Part shown: in pieces, positions 12,747-27,382 of the stretch | Position numbering within the stretch: position 1 is the first letter of the stretch | Layout: the number at the start of each line of letters is the position of its first letter | Assembly: GCA_964016885.1 (NCBI GenBank) | Contig: OZ024741.1 | Location: forward strand, 214,582,001-214,646,000 | Direction of reading: 5' to 3' | Length of the DNA stretch: 64,000 nt | Source of the DNA: Eledone cirrhosa | Lineage: Eukaryota | The notes under the pieces: model-generated | Told to the model about the DNA's origin: nothing | What the model saw: only the letters and a program-made list of their open reading frames with translations | Database searches by the model: none | Position numbers and translations under genes: made by a program

Positions 12747-13813
12747 ATAAGGAGAAAAAGAAATATATATTTTTTTCCTTTTATTATTTTCTCTTTTTTC
12801 TGGGTTAGAAAATGTTTGAAACAAAATATTTTACTTTGTGTGAAGTGTTAAGGTATTAGTTAATTTATTTATTAATTAACAATGGTATTTATTTATTTAT
12901 TTAATAATTGTCTATTACCGGTTTCAGCATTTATTGCATTATCAAATTTGTATTGGTATAAAATGTTGGAGAGAAAATAATGTGATGTTGAACATGTTAA
13001 GGAATTGGGAAAGAAAGAATAATATTATTTACAAACAAGGTTTTTGAAGTAAAAAGTAAAAAGAAAAAAGGGGAGGGGGTGATGTGGATTATGATAAGGA
13101 AAGAAAGAATAATATTATTTACAGGCATATATCTTGAGGATAAGCAGTTCAAAATATTTTATTATGGCAAGAGCGCTTGGTTGGTCCATAATGGAGGCAA
13201 ATGGTAGTCTGGGGTTTGATATGATTTCCCTTTTTAGAGAGTTAATATGCAGAGGGAGGTAATTCAGAGTGGTCAGGTAGGGGAGAGAGAAATGAGAGGG
13301 GGGTAATTCATTTATATAAGAAAAAGGATTAGTTAGGGTAGGGGAGGTAACTCTTTAGAGAACATATGAATTGGGCTTTGGTTCATTGTTCGTTCCCTGC
13401 TTATCCCTAAGAACTATGCCTGCAAATAATATTATTCTTTCTTTCCCATTACCTTATCATGTTCCACATCACCACCTTATTTTTTCTTTTTTCTTTTTAC
13501 TTCAAAAACCTTGTTTGTAAATAATATTATTCTTTCTTTCCCATTTCCTTAACATGTTCAACATCACATTATTTTCTCTCCAACATTTTATACCAATACA
13601 ACCCCCCCCCCCTTGATAAGGCATAAAATGCTGAAACCGGTAATAGACAATTATTAAATAAATAAATAAATTAATTAATTAACTAATACCTTAACACTTC
13701 ACACAAAGTAAAATATTTTGTTTTAAACATTTTCAAACCCAGAAAAAAGAGAAAAAAATAAAAGGAAAAAAAAAAATTTTTCTTCCTAATAATCGTCTTC
13801 TCCCTATTTTCAC
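12741..13813. mobile_element. ORF-less inverted pair of Penelope pLTRs
   Basis: Arms ~12741-13147 and ~13397-13813 are reverse complements and are homologous to the termini of the PLE at 23261-26952; (TA)n on both sides. Confidence 0.88.
13611..13646 (+). ncRNA. Hammerhead-like motif, U3-A8 core variant
   Basis: TTGATAA-ggcat aaa atgct-GAAA-CCGG-TA; helix I poorly paired. Confidence 0.5.
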
Positions 13814-13829
13814 ATATATATATATATAC

Positions 13830-13905
<76 letters not shown>

Positions 13906-13943
13906 ATCCCATATATATATATATATATATATATATTGTTATC

Positions 13944-13995
<52 letters not shown>

Positions 13996-14362
13996 GATAA
14001 CAAGTTATCGTTATAGATAATCCAGTTAGAAGTTGTGAGTACTCTGTGTCGTGGATAGTTTTAACGTACGGCTTTGTTTGACTCAACAAGATGTTTCCAT
14101 AGTTAGGCAGCGATATCGCGGTAATTCCTATGCAGGTTATACTTGGAGTAATAATAGTGAAAGAATGAAGAGTAACATGGTTGGCTGTACAACAACGGGC
14201 TTTTTCTCAATACCTAAAATAAAGCCCCTTGTTGTACACCCAATAATATCAGAAAATGAATTTTTTTTTATGACAAACACGAGATGTCCTCCACGAGTGA
14301 AAGTATAAGGAAAAGACATCGAAAATGCAATTGGAGTCTTTTTTACGAATATTTATTCGTTT

Positions 14363-14399
14363 CTTTTACCGGTTTCACAGTTTTTATGCTTTTCAAAAG
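14363..14399 (-). ncRNA. Hammerhead-like motif, U3-A8 core variant
   Basis: Minus strand: ctt-TTGAAAA-gca taaaaac tgt-GAAA-CCGG-TA-aaag. Confidence 0.5.
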
Positions 14400-14498
14400 T
14401 AGAATTGAGATGGAGGGTTTGTGGTTTTTCTCGTGAGAAAAATCGTCGGGCTCCTGACTCATATATATATAGGATAACAAGATATCGTTTAAGGTAGT

Positions 14499-14543
<45 letters not shown>

Positions 14544-14776
14544 TAATAATACAAGTCACTGCAACGGTACCATACCAGGGATTTATGTTTCATTGGTCTG
14601 GAAGACCAACTTGTTCAATCTATACCGATGAAAATGATACGGTTCATTTCACATCAGTACAGGCTGAACAAGCTGGCCCTTCGGTATGGTGCTTTTGTAG
14701 TAACTGGACTTAATAATTATATTAAAACTCGTCCCACGGACATGATTTGCTCTATACCTTGGATATGTGTGTATGC

Positions 14777-14850
<74 letters not shown>

Positions 14851-15260
14851 ATATATATATACGTATATGTATGTGTGTGCGTGTGTATAAATATAAGTGT
14901 GTGCATGTATATGTGTGTTTATGTATATAAAATCTCTTGCTTTCTTGATTTCTTACTCCTATACCTTTTGCCTGTTTAATATCTTGTTTTTGTTCTTGAC
15001 ACACGATACACATTGTCTCACCAACGCAAACCCTTGTCTACTCACACATATAAATACACACGCAATACACATGTCTGGACAGTATTGTCCATTAATGAAT
15101 ACTTTTCTGTTTGATTTAATTATCTTTGAGAATCCAACAATAGATAGAAAGGGTTGTTACGTCGCTCACAGATGGTTCAAAATGATATCGCATTATCTCC
15201 CAATATCTCTCTTTCTCTCTGTCCCTCTTGCTCTATCTCACTCGTTTTATTGTCTCTTTA

Positions 15261-15400
<140 letters not shown>

Positions 15401-15421
15401 TATATATATGTATGTATATAC

Positions 15422-15473
<52 letters not shown>

Positions 15474-15511
15474 GTATGTATATATACACATATGTATGTA
15501 TATATATATAC

Positions 15512-15542
<31 letters not shown>

Positions 15543-15551
15543 CAGTATATT

Positions 15552-15583
<32 letters not shown>

Positions 15584-15636
15584 CATATGTATATATATAT
15601 ACAGTATATATATATATATATACTGTATATATATAC

Positions 15637-15679
<43 letters not shown>

Positions 15680-15726
15680 AATACACTGTATATATATATA
15701 TATATACATATGTATATATATATACA

Positions 15727-15883
<157 letters not shown>

Positions 15884-16013
15884 ACGAAGGAAATGTGGTA
15901 AGGAACCAGGTGGACCATAACGCACCAAAGTACTCAATACTTGGGGTAGTAGAGTGGGTAATAGGAACCAGTAAGACCCCGACGGCTGAGCTCAAGCCGT
16001 TTCGACGGCTAAT

Positions 16014-16089
<76 letters not shown>

Positions 16090-16114
16090 CATATGTATAT
16101 ATATATATATATAC

Positions 16115-16160
<46 letters not shown>

Positions 16161-16177
16161 GTATATTTATATATACA

Positions 16178-16226
<49 letters not shown>

Positions 16227-16469
16227 TGATATATGTATGTCTGTCTTTGTGTGTTTGTCTGTGTGTGAGTGTTTGTGTGTATTTGTGTGTTTCTGTTTGT
16301 GTGAGTATGTGGGAGAGTGACTGTACATGTGCGTGCGCATGCGCGCGCATAATCCTTTACTGCTATTAATTAGGGTCGCTGATTATCTTAACGAAGCATG
16401 GATGTATGAATGGATGAATGGATAAACAACACAAGATTAGAGTCATTGAAAGAATGATTGATAACATGA

Positions 16470-18685
16470 CTGGTTGGTTGGTTGGATGTTTGGATGGTTG
16501 GATTGTTGGATGGTTGGATGGTCGGATGTTTGGATGGTTGGATTGTTGGATGGTTGGATGGTTGGATGGTCGGATGGTTGGATGGTTGGATGGTTGGATT
16601 GTTGGATGGTTGGATTGTTGGATGGTTGGATGGTTGGATGGTTGGATGGTCGGATGTTTGGATGGTTGGATTGTTGGATGGTTGGATGGTCGGATGTTTG
16701 GATGGTTGGATGGTCGGATGGTTGGATGGTTGGATGGTTGGATTGTTGGATGGTTGGATGGTTGGATGTTTGGATGGTTGGATTGTTGGATGGTTGGATG
16801 GTTGGATGGTCGGATGGTTGGATGGTTGGATTAGGTGGTTGGATAGTCGGATGGTTGGATGGTTGGATTGTTGGATGGTTGGATGGTCGGATGTTTGGAT
16901 GGTTGGATTGTTGGATGGTTGGATGGTTGGATGGTTGGATGGTCGGATGGTTGGATGGTTGGATTAGGTGGTTGGATAGTCGGATGGTTGGATGGTTTGA
17001 TTATTGGATGGCTGGATGGTTGGTTGGATGGTTGGATGGTTGGTTGGATGGTTGGATGGTTGGATTGGATGGTTGGATAGTCGGATGGTTGGTAAGATGG
17101 TTGGATTGTTGGATGGTTGTATCGTTGGTTGGATGGTTGGTTGGGTGGTTGGATTGTTGGATGGTTGGTAAGATGGTTGGATAGATGTTTGGTTGGTTGG
17201 CTGGCAGGTTGGATGGTTGGATGTTTGGAGGGTTGATAAGTTGGTTGGATAGATGGTTGGATGGTTGGCTGGCTGGATGGTTGGACAGTCGGATGGTTGG
17301 TAAGATGGTTGGATGGCTGGAAGGTTGGATGGTTGGTTGGATGGTTGGATGGTTGGATGGTTAGTTGGATGGATGGATGTTTGGTTGGATGGCTTGTTGG
17401 ATGGTTGGAAGTTTAGATTGTTGGATGTTTGGTTGGATGGATAGCTGGTTGGATGGTTGGATGTATGGGTGGATGGTTGGTTGGTTCGATGTTTGGCTGG
17501 TTGGATGGCTGGTTGTATGGGTGGATGGTTGGCTGGGTGGTGGTTGGATGACTGGTTGGATAGTTGGATGGTTGGTTGGATGGCTGGTTGATTGGTTGGA
17601 TGGTTGAATGGATGGTTGATGGTTGGCTGGCTGGAAGGCTGGTTGGTGGGATGGTCGGATGGATGGCTGGTTAGATGGTTGGATGGTTGCGTGGATGGAT
17701 TTGTTAGCTGGTTGGTTAGATGGTTGGATGGTTGGATAGTCTGACGGTTGGTAAGGTGGTTAATGGATGGTTGGATGGCTGGATGGTTGGTTGGTTGGAT
17801 GGTTGGGAGGTTGGTTGGATGGTTGGGAGGTTGGTTGGATGGTCGGTTCGATGGTTGGATGGTTGGATGCTTGGATGGTTGGTTGGGTGGTTGGATGTGT
17901 GGATGGTTGGTTGGATGTTGAATGGTTGGTTGGTTAGCTGGTTGGCTGGTTGGATGGTTGATGGCTGGTTAGATAGTTGGTTGGATGGTTGTTTGACTGG
18001 TTGTATGGTTGGATGTTTGGATGGTTGGTTGGATGGTTGGTTGGATGGTTGGATGGTTGGAAGGTTGGATAGTTGGTTGGTTGGATGGTTGGTTGGTTGG
18101 ATGATTTGGTTAGATGGTTGGTTGGATGGTTGGATGATCGGATGGTTGGTTGCATAGTTGGTTGGTTGGATGGTTGGATTGTTGGATGGCTGGTTAGATG
18201 GAGGGTTGGATAGTTTGGTGGTTGTTTGGTTTATTGGATGGTTGGATGGTTGGATGGTTGGAAGGTTGGATGGTTGGTTGAATGGTTGGTTGGTTGGCTG
18301 GCTGGTGGGCTGGCTGGTTGGCTGGCTGGCTTGTTGAATAGTTGGATGGTTGGATGGATGGTTCACTGGTTGGATGGTTGGCTTATTGAATGGATGGTTG
18401 GATGGTTGGATGGTTAGCTCTTTGGCTGGCTGGCTGGCTGGCTGGCTGAATGGTTCACTGGTTGGATGGTTGGCTGGCTGATGGATGATTGGCTAGTTTG
18501 ATGGCTGGTTGGTTGGATGAATGATTCACCATTGGATGGTTTTTTGGCTGGTTGGCTGGTTAGATGAATGATTCACTGGTTGGATGGTTGGTTGGATGGT
18601 TGGCTGGTTGGATGTTTGGTTGGATGTTTGATTGTAGTTGTCTGGCTGACTGGATGGCTGCCTGGTGGGATGGTTTTGTAGTTGT

Positions 18686-18717
<32 letters not shown>

Positions 18718-19150
18718 TTGCTTTGGTAGTTGTCTGGCTGACTGGACGGCTGGCTGGCTGGTTGCTTTGGTAGCTCTCTGTCTGGCTGGATGGCTGGATG
18801 GCTGGTTGCTTTGGTAGCTCTCTGTCTGGCTGGATGGCTGGCTGGCTGGTTGCTTTGGTAGCTCTCTGTCTGGCTGGATGTATGGCTGGCTGGCTGGTTG
18901 CTTTGGTAATTGTCTGTCTGACTGGACGGCTGGCTGGCTGGTTGCATTGGTAGCTATCTGTCTGGCTGGCTGGCTGGCTGGCTGGTTGCTTTGGTAGTTG
19001 TCTGGCTGGCCGGATGCTTGGGACACTAGTTGTTCGTTTGTCTGGTTGTTTGGCTGGCTATATGGGTCCATCATTGGTTGGTTGGCTGGTGCTGGTTGGC
19101 TGGTAGGCTAGTAGCTTGTTGATTGGTTGTTTGGTTAGTTGGTTGGATGG
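16470..19150. repeat. (TGGA/TGGT/TGGC)n tetranucleotide-based satellite
   Basis: ggatggtt units grading into ggct-rich units. Confidence 0.95.
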
Positions 19151-19537
19151 TTAGCTTATAAGATTGTTTATTTTCATTATATGAAGAAAAGCGTGTTAAT
19201 TCTTCGCTTTATTTGGTGTTATTGTTGTTAATTGTGCTATTGCTGTTACTATTAATTGTTAAAATGTTGGTCTTACAACAGGCATGCTGTACGTATTGTT
19301 GGAACAAGAGACTATTTCACATGGATATATAGTTGATATTGTGTATGTCGTGTAAATATAGGAGCTGCTCCCTTTCACTCGAACAACGCCTGTGTTATGG
19401 AGAAATGAGGCTGGTATGAATGTGTGACTTTGGGGTTTCCACAAAGCATTCTATCCAATCTTGTGTCATAGAAAGGACATTTCCAAGTGCAAACTCATTG
19501 TCATATAGGATGTATGATTTTTTCCTCTCCATACTAC

Positions 19538-19568
<31 letters not shown>

Positions 19569-19815
19569 CTGTGTGTGTGTGTGTCTGTGTGTTTGGGGGA
19601 GGGCGTGTGTGTGTTAAGTATTTCCCGAGAAAAAGCAAAGGAAAAACGAGTGCTCTATGTATAATACAGAGCTATTTAATTAGAAAGTGAACAACACAAT
19701 ATATAACTACTCCCTTACCAAAGGTTTCAGACCCTAGACAATATTAACATGCGTTTAGTTCATTCATCAGATGAACAAGTTATAAATTATATATTGTGTT
19801 GCTCACTTTCTAATT

Positions 19816-20048
<233 letters not shown>

Positions 20049-20339
20049 AATATATATTTTTCAATAGTCGATCTACATAGTCGATGATTTGCTTAACGAG
20101 TGGGGTGGAGCTCGGCAAATTAGACCGAGGAAACAATGTTTCCTTTGGTCTTTCCATTTGCGAAAAACAACCAAAGAGTGAGTGTGTTCTGTTATTATTT
20201 CTGGCAATATTACAACAATATGACACTCCCCAAGCATAAGAATATAAATACAAATATATATATATATATATATATGACGACTGAAGACCTTAAAGTTCTG
20301 CTTTTCGTTTATATTTTTATGTAAAAAACTATATTAAAG

Positions 20340-23032
20340 TATTTAAGGATTCTAATGCCGTGCACGTTACCCCAACAAAACTGTCAATCTATATCAAGTG
20401 GAGCGCAGTACTTACCATCAACTGCTACATAATGCTGTAACTAAGGATTACCGGAAAACTAATCGGAGTGTCATTAATGACATCAACGATGCTCGGTTTA
20501 AAATCACCTCTGAACTCAACATCCAGGACCGGACTGAACGTCTGGACTCTATTTATCACCACTTTACCCTGAAGGATCACAAACCCAATTTCGCCAACAA
20601 CCCCTCTATTCGGCTTATTAACCCTACGAAGTCCGATTTAGGTACACTTAGTAAAAGGATTTTAGATATAATTATACCTGAAATTAGAAGCTTTGCTCTT
20701 GCACTGTGGAACAATACTTTCGTGATGATTCATTGGTTCAATGGCATATGCCGTTTTATCCAATTCGACATCAATAACTACTACCCCTCCATCACTTTAC
20801 CACTTATTCTTAGAGCTATCAATTTCGCTAAAACGCTCACAGTGGTTAAGGATTTCGAAGTTGATGTCATCCTCAATGCCCGTAAGTCGGCGATTAATTT
20901 CGACGATTCTATTTGGATTAAAAAATCTAATAGTACCCCATTCGACGTGAGTATTGGCGCCAGTGAATCGGTGGAGGTTACTGATCTTATCGGCCTTTTC
21001 ATTCTTTTCTCTATCAAGGAAGAATTCCCCAATGTGGGCGGTGGTTTGTACCGTGATGACGGTCTTTTGACCATGACAAAGTACGGTCCACGCGCTTGCG
21101 ACAGGTTCAGAAAAGAACTCACACCCTTCTTTAAAGGCTTCAACCTCTCCATAGCGGTTGAGGCCAACCTCTCGGTCGTTAATTACCTCGACGTTACCCT
21201 CAATTTGTCGAATGGCTTGCAATAACCTTATAGAAAGCCGAATGATGCGCATAATTAGATAAGTAAGCATTCTAACCATCCTTCCAGAATAACCAAGAAC
21301 CTGGTAAGAAACGTTTCTTTGAGGCTTTCCCGTCTATCTACAAACGAGCATATTTTCACTGACCATTCCACATATTACAATGAAGCTCTTGCTCGGAGTG
21401 TATTTGTCGATAAGGTAGCATATACTAAGTATGAGCATAGACCAAGGAAAAATATATCCCGATGCATTATATGGTATAACCTACCATATAATATGGAGGT
21501 GGCCACATCATTAGCTAATATCTTTCTCTCCCTTATTAAGAAGCATTTCCCCATCAGCACATAAATATAATAACATTTTAAATAAAAATACCATTAAAAT
21601 ATCTTACTCTACGACTCCTAACCTTGCACATAACATCACTGCTTCAAATTTAGCTAAATTACCTAGCCGTAGGAACACGTGCAACCCTGTAGCTAGTACT
21701 AACTGTAATTGTAGGAATCGGGTTGACTGCCCTCTATCCGAGAAATGCCTCTCCAGTAATATTGTCTAGAAATGTAAGGTCGAAACACCCACGTCCCGTA
21801 GGGCCTACATAGGGTCAACCGCCAATAGATTCAAGCAGCGTCTTTGCATGTACGCCCATTCTTTTCTTAACCCTTTAAGAAGGAATATGACGTCACTTTC
21901 AACTTATATCTGGAGTCTAAAAGACAACCACACCCAATATAGGTTACACTGAAAGATCCTAGCTAAGGCTAGATCGTATAACGGAAATAAAAGACCACGC
22001 GATCTTTGCGCCGCTGAAGCCCTGGAAATACACTACGCCAATAACCACATCTTAAACAAAAAATCTGACGCAATTTCGGCTCGTAAACATAAATTGCATA
22101 ACACTTTCATGTATTACAGCCCCACATTATACTCTAACCGTTAGTACGAACAATACGCGGATAATTTACGTCTTGATGTGGTAGCTAAATATATATTATG
22201 TTTATACCATTACTTATTTGTATCGGTAAGTGTACATTACCCGTATGTTTTGTGAAGGTACGTATACATTCTCGTACGTATATTTGCCTGTATTTGTTAT
22301 AGGTGTATGTATTATATTATATTATGGTTATGTGTATATGTGTATTTTGTATTTGTGTGTCTATGCGTGTTTGCACGTATGTAAGGTGTGTATACGTGTA
22401 CTTTGTGTTTTGGTTGACTTACGTTTGTGAACATATGTGTATTTACCTGTAGGTATGTGTGTGCGTGCGTTATATACGTATTTATGTGTGTGCGTGCGTT
22501 ATATACGTATTTATGTGTGTGCGTGCGTTATATTCGTATTTATGTGTGTATATTTATATACGTTTATATAATTATATGTATACACACATGCGTGGATGCA
22601 TGTATGTATATATTTAATTATTGTTGATTTCAATAACCTCTGTCATTTTCGTTCTACTAATTTATTTACATTATTCTTAACTCTGAAGCTGAGAATCATT
22701 CGGTTTCCTAAATAGAATATTAGTCTACGACTCCATTTATACCATAAACGTGGTTTTGTCTTTGCATGTAATTGTTCTCATCACTCCAAATAATGACGTA
22801 TTATCTTCGTTTTTTTTCTGTTCTTTGCCTGGAAACGTTTTCACGAACCAAAGTATCGTCTTCCTGTCTTCCTTCGGTTGCAACTTTTTTCGAAAGGGTG
22901 AAAGCAGCGATTCTTTGCTTAAACTTTAATCTGTTATTCTAATAAATATTTTCTCTAGGTTTCTTATATATTTGATATATATTTATCCTTATAGAGACCT
23001 CTTTGGATTTTAGTCTTAATATTTATTATTAT
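20340..23032 (+). mobile_element. Penelope-like element, degenerate RT + GIY-YIG
   Basis: LKDHKPNF, RLINPTKS, QFDINNYYPSI, YRDDGL, YLDVTL; downstream CNCR..CPL and YIGST in broken frames; TG-rich 3' region. Confidence 0.9.
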
Positions 23033-23058
23033 TATTACTATAATTATTATTATTATTA

Positions 23059-23245
23059 GTGGATTCGCAGTATCGATAGAGGGTTTGACGCCATGCTTTG
23101 CAGAAAAGAGTTACGGCCCTTTATGGTCTCAGTTCAAATCCCTCCGAGGTTAACTTTGCTTTTCATTCTTACTGGGTCGATAAAATAAAGTACCAGTAAT
23201 GTACTGTGTAATTGCTGGCCTTGTGCTAAAAGTAGAAACAATTAT
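23059..23245 (+). mobile_element. tRNA-derived SINE copy
   Basis: Homology to 1383-1571. Confidence 0.85.
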
Positions 23246-26200
23246 TACTATATATATATATATGAAAACAGGGAGACAGAGACGATTATTAGGAAGAAAA
23301 ACATTTCTTTTTCCTTTTTTGTTTCTCTCTTTTTTCTGGGTTAGAAAATGATTAAAATGAAATGTTTTACTTTGTGTGAAGTGTTAAGGTATTAGTTGAT
23401 TTATTTATTATTTAACAATGGCATTTATTTATCTATTTATATATTTAATTATTGTCTATTACCGGTTTCAGCATTTTTATACATTATCAAATGATAGTGA
23501 AATGTATTAGTGTGGTGTCGCACATGTTAAACAGAAGGTGCAGAAAGAATAATGTTATTAACAAACAAGGTTTATGAAGTGTAAAGAAAAAAGAAAAAGG
23601 AAAAAAAACGTGCATAGTGTAGAACATAAAAAGTCAATGTTATTTACAAGCAAAGTCATTGAAGTTAAGCAGATCAAAATGTGTTAATATAGCAAGAATG
23701 CTTAGTTGATCCATGATTCCGTCATGGAGGCAAATGATGGACTTCAACAGCCATCACAACTTCCGTAATCATTTTTTAGACATAGCACACAGACACAGGA
23801 TTACAAAATAACACAAAACACACAGGAGACACAAAATGCAATAAAAATTGTCAATTTAACCTCTAAAGAATTAACAACAGACCAAATCAACATACTCTCC
23901 AAAGGTCTAAAATTTACACCAACTCCCCAACAACCAAACTACCCCGAAATGAAGGAAGATATTGCAGAATTCTGTAGAAAACTAAGACTCAACGAACAAC
24001 TATACGACAAATACAATGAGGATGACTCAATAACCAGAAATAGAAGCAACTACACCCCACCTAAAAGCAAGAATAAATTCCTCGATCAATTCTGCGGACA
24101 CATTACTAATTACCCATACCACCACCTACACAGACATAAACAAAAACCAAACCTAAGCAAAAAAGAATGGAATGGTCTTAACAGTCTAAAAAACGACAAA
24201 ACCCTAACAATCAAAGAGGTAGATAAAGGGAGTGCAGTAGTCCTTATGGAGAAAGATTATTACACAACTCTAGTACTCTCAACTCTAGAAAACCAAACAT
24301 ATTATGAAAAGGGCCAACACTACACACAACAGAAAATAATGAGAAACCTAAAATCCCTAACAACCCTTTACAAAGAAGGCCTTACCGACAAGGAATACAA
24401 CTACATCACTATTTCAAAAGCAGAACCAGCCTCTTCTACGGTATCCCCAAGACACACAAAAGCGAAGTAATAGGTAGGGCCTGCAAGCAAGCCACAGACG
24501 TTTACATCAATATAGCCCCTCCTGATGACCTTAAATTAAGACCCATAATAGCAGGCACCACATGTGAAACCCACCGCCTAAGCAACTTCCTAGATATTCT
24601 GCTTAAATCTTTCCTAAAACATATAAAAAGCTTCATAAGGGACGACTTTGACATGCTCAACCACCTCCCAACAACACTCAATAACGAACATACCCTACTA
24701 GTAAACTTTGATGTCATCAATTTATATTCCAATATCCCACACAACCTAGGTATAGAGGCAATACAATTCTGGATGGAAAATTTCCCTAGTGAACTCCCAC
24801 AGCGCATCCCTAAAGAATTTGTGTTGGAGGGACTCAAATTCATCTTGGAAAACAATTTCTTCGAATTCAATACTACAGACAGAAATCTGGGACTGCCATG
24901 GGCACGAAAGTAGCCCCCTCAGACGCCAACCTTGTCATGGGATATTTGGAAACCATTCTCTACCGCAAAGTTCTAGACAAATACGGCAACCACTTCTAAC
25001 AACACATAGAAAAGAACTGGAAGAGATATCTGGACGACTGCTTCATCCTCTAGCATGAAAGTATAGATAGACTATTTGAGTTTTAAACCCTTCTGAATGG
25101 ACTCAACACAAACTTACAATTCACAATGCATTACAGCCATGAACAACTCCCTTTCCTCGACATCCTCATCAAGAAAACAAACAACAAAATAGAAACAGAC
25201 ATATACTACAAACCCACAGACTCAAAACAATACCTCCCATTCAACTCGGGCCACCCTAGACACACCAAAATGGCAATTCCTTATAACCTAGCCAGAAGGA
25301 CCTGCACAATAGTTTCAGATAAATACACATGCTACACACGACTAGAAGAATTAAAAAAACACACTTATCAGCAGAAACTACCCACCATCCCTAATTACCG
25401 ATGGATTCCAACGTGCCCTAAAACTAGACATCCAGGAACTCAGACACCCCAAACCCAGGAATGAACCGCAACAAAATACTCTACCATACATCTCCACACA
25501 CAACTTCCTCAACAATGAGGCATTCGATACCATCCTCCAGAACATCCCTTTACTAAAAAGAGACCCAAGAATGAACAAAATCCTCCAAACACACAACATC
25601 ATAAAGAGCAAAAGACAAACCAAATCCATAGAAAACATCCCCACACAAGCCAAAATCCAACAAACCCTCACAATGAACCCTACAGTAACAAAATGCGGAA
25701 GGCCCAACTGTGGCATATGCATAAATCTAATAGAAGGTTTAACATTCCATTTTAAACAAGGACAGCGTTTCACAGTTAAACACAACTTTACATGTACATC
25801 TGAAAACCTTATCTATGTTTTGACCTGCTCAGGTTGTCAGGAGCACTACATAGGACAGACAAAAAACAGCCTCCGTCAACGTATGACCGTCCATAAATCA
25901 CAAATTAAAATACAGGAATACAGAAAGATTGCATTTAGTGAACATATCGCCAATTGTGCTCACAACCAACATCCAAACTTTAAAATTTCCCCCATTTACA
26001 AATTCATAGACAACGCTACTTTCATCCAACGCACCAATAAGGAAACATATTTCATTAATAAATTTCAACCCCTACTTAATGCTCTAAAAATCGGACCAAT
26101 CTAAAACTGCATTAAACAATCAAACATTTACAAGAGTTACTTCCCGCACACCCTACCTAATCCTTTTTCTTCAATAAATTAAATATCATCCAGCAAGAAT

Positions 26201-26367
26201 TGCTTGCCCCTGCATATTAACTCTCTAAAAAGGGAAATCATATCAAACCTCAGTCCACCATTTGCCTCCATCACAGAATCATGGATCAACTAAGCACTCT
26301 TGCTATATTAACACATTTTGATCTGCTTAACTTCAATCACTTTGCTTGTAAATAACATTATTTTTTC

Positions 26368-26556
26368 GGTGGTGGATTCGCAGTATCGCTAGAGAGTCGG
26401 ACGCCATGCTTTGAAGTATAGAGTTACGTCCCTTTATGATCTGAGTTCAAATACCACCGAGGTTAACTTTGCCTTTCATCCTTATGGGGTCGATAAAATA
26501 AAGTACCAGTAATGTACTGGATAATTGCTGGCCTTGTGCCAAAAGTAGAAACAATT
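26368..26556 (+). mobile_element. tRNA-derived SINE inserted in the 3' pLTR
   Basis: Homology to 1383-1571; absent from the inverted pLTR copy. Confidence 0.85.
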
Positions 26557-26712
26557 ATTACTATATATTTCTTCCACATTGACTTTTTATGTTCTACATT
26601 ATTCACGTTTTCTTTTCCTTTTTTTTTTCACTTCAGAAACCTTGTTTGTTAATAACATTATTCTTTCTGCACCTTCTGTTTAACATGTGCGACACCACAC
26701 TAATACATTTCA

Positions 26713-26754
26713 CTATCATTTGATAATGCATAAAAATGCTGAAACCGGTAATAG
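26713..26754 (+). ncRNA. Hammerhead-like motif (U3-A8) in PLE pLTR
   Basis: TTGATAA-tgcataaaaatgct-GAAA-CCGG-TA-atag. Confidence 0.5.
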
Positions 26755-27112
26755 ACAATAATTAAATATATAAATCGATAAATAAATGCCATTGTTAAAT
26801 AATAAATAAATCAACTAATACCTTAACACTTCACACAAAGTGAAACATTTAGTTTTAATCATTTTCTAACCCAGAAAAAAGAGAGAGAGAAACAAAAAAG
26901 GAAAAAAAAATATTTTTCTTCCTAATAATCGTCTCTTTCTCCCTGTTTTCATATATATATGTAGGAGGTGGGTTTTATTGTAGTACAATAAAGCAATGCA
27001 GATATCGGATAAGAAGCAGTCTACAGTTTGTAGGACTGGAGTATACATAATATATGTTGATTTAAAACTGAACTATCCACAAGTGTTTTTTAGCCTTCAT
27101 ATCATGTCCTCC

Positions 27113-27183
27113 TGTTTTATCTGATGAAAACACAAATATTATTGCATGATGATATTTTTTTTTGAAATGCGCATAATAAAATA
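27113..27183 (+). ncRNA. Minimal type I hammerhead ribozyme (copy 1 of 3)
   Basis: tgttttat-CTGATGA-helix II-GAAA-TGCGCA-TA-ataaaata; 8-bp helix I, palindromic helix III. Confidence 0.88.
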
Positions 27184-27213
27184 CATGGAACTCCTTTAAC
27201 CATCTTTTGTTCT

Positions 27214-27267
<54 letters not shown>

Positions 27268-27311
27268 GTAATAATAATAAATTTGAGAATAGTGCTTCCA
27301 CTCCTCATATT

Positions 27312-27379
<68 letters not shown>

Positions 27380-27382
27380 TAT

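Larger units (their letters stand above)
23261..26952 (+). mobile_element. Penelope-like element (Neptune-like) with inverted 5' pLTR and 3' pLTR; ORF frameshifted
   Basis: SKGLKFTPTP, DKGSAVV, RPII, FDVINLYSNI, RYLDD, PFLD, KCGRPNCGIC linker, LIYVLTCSGCQEHYIGQT GIY-YIG; 23261-23743 is the reverse complement of 26251-26952 once the SINE is removed. Confidence 0.93.
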
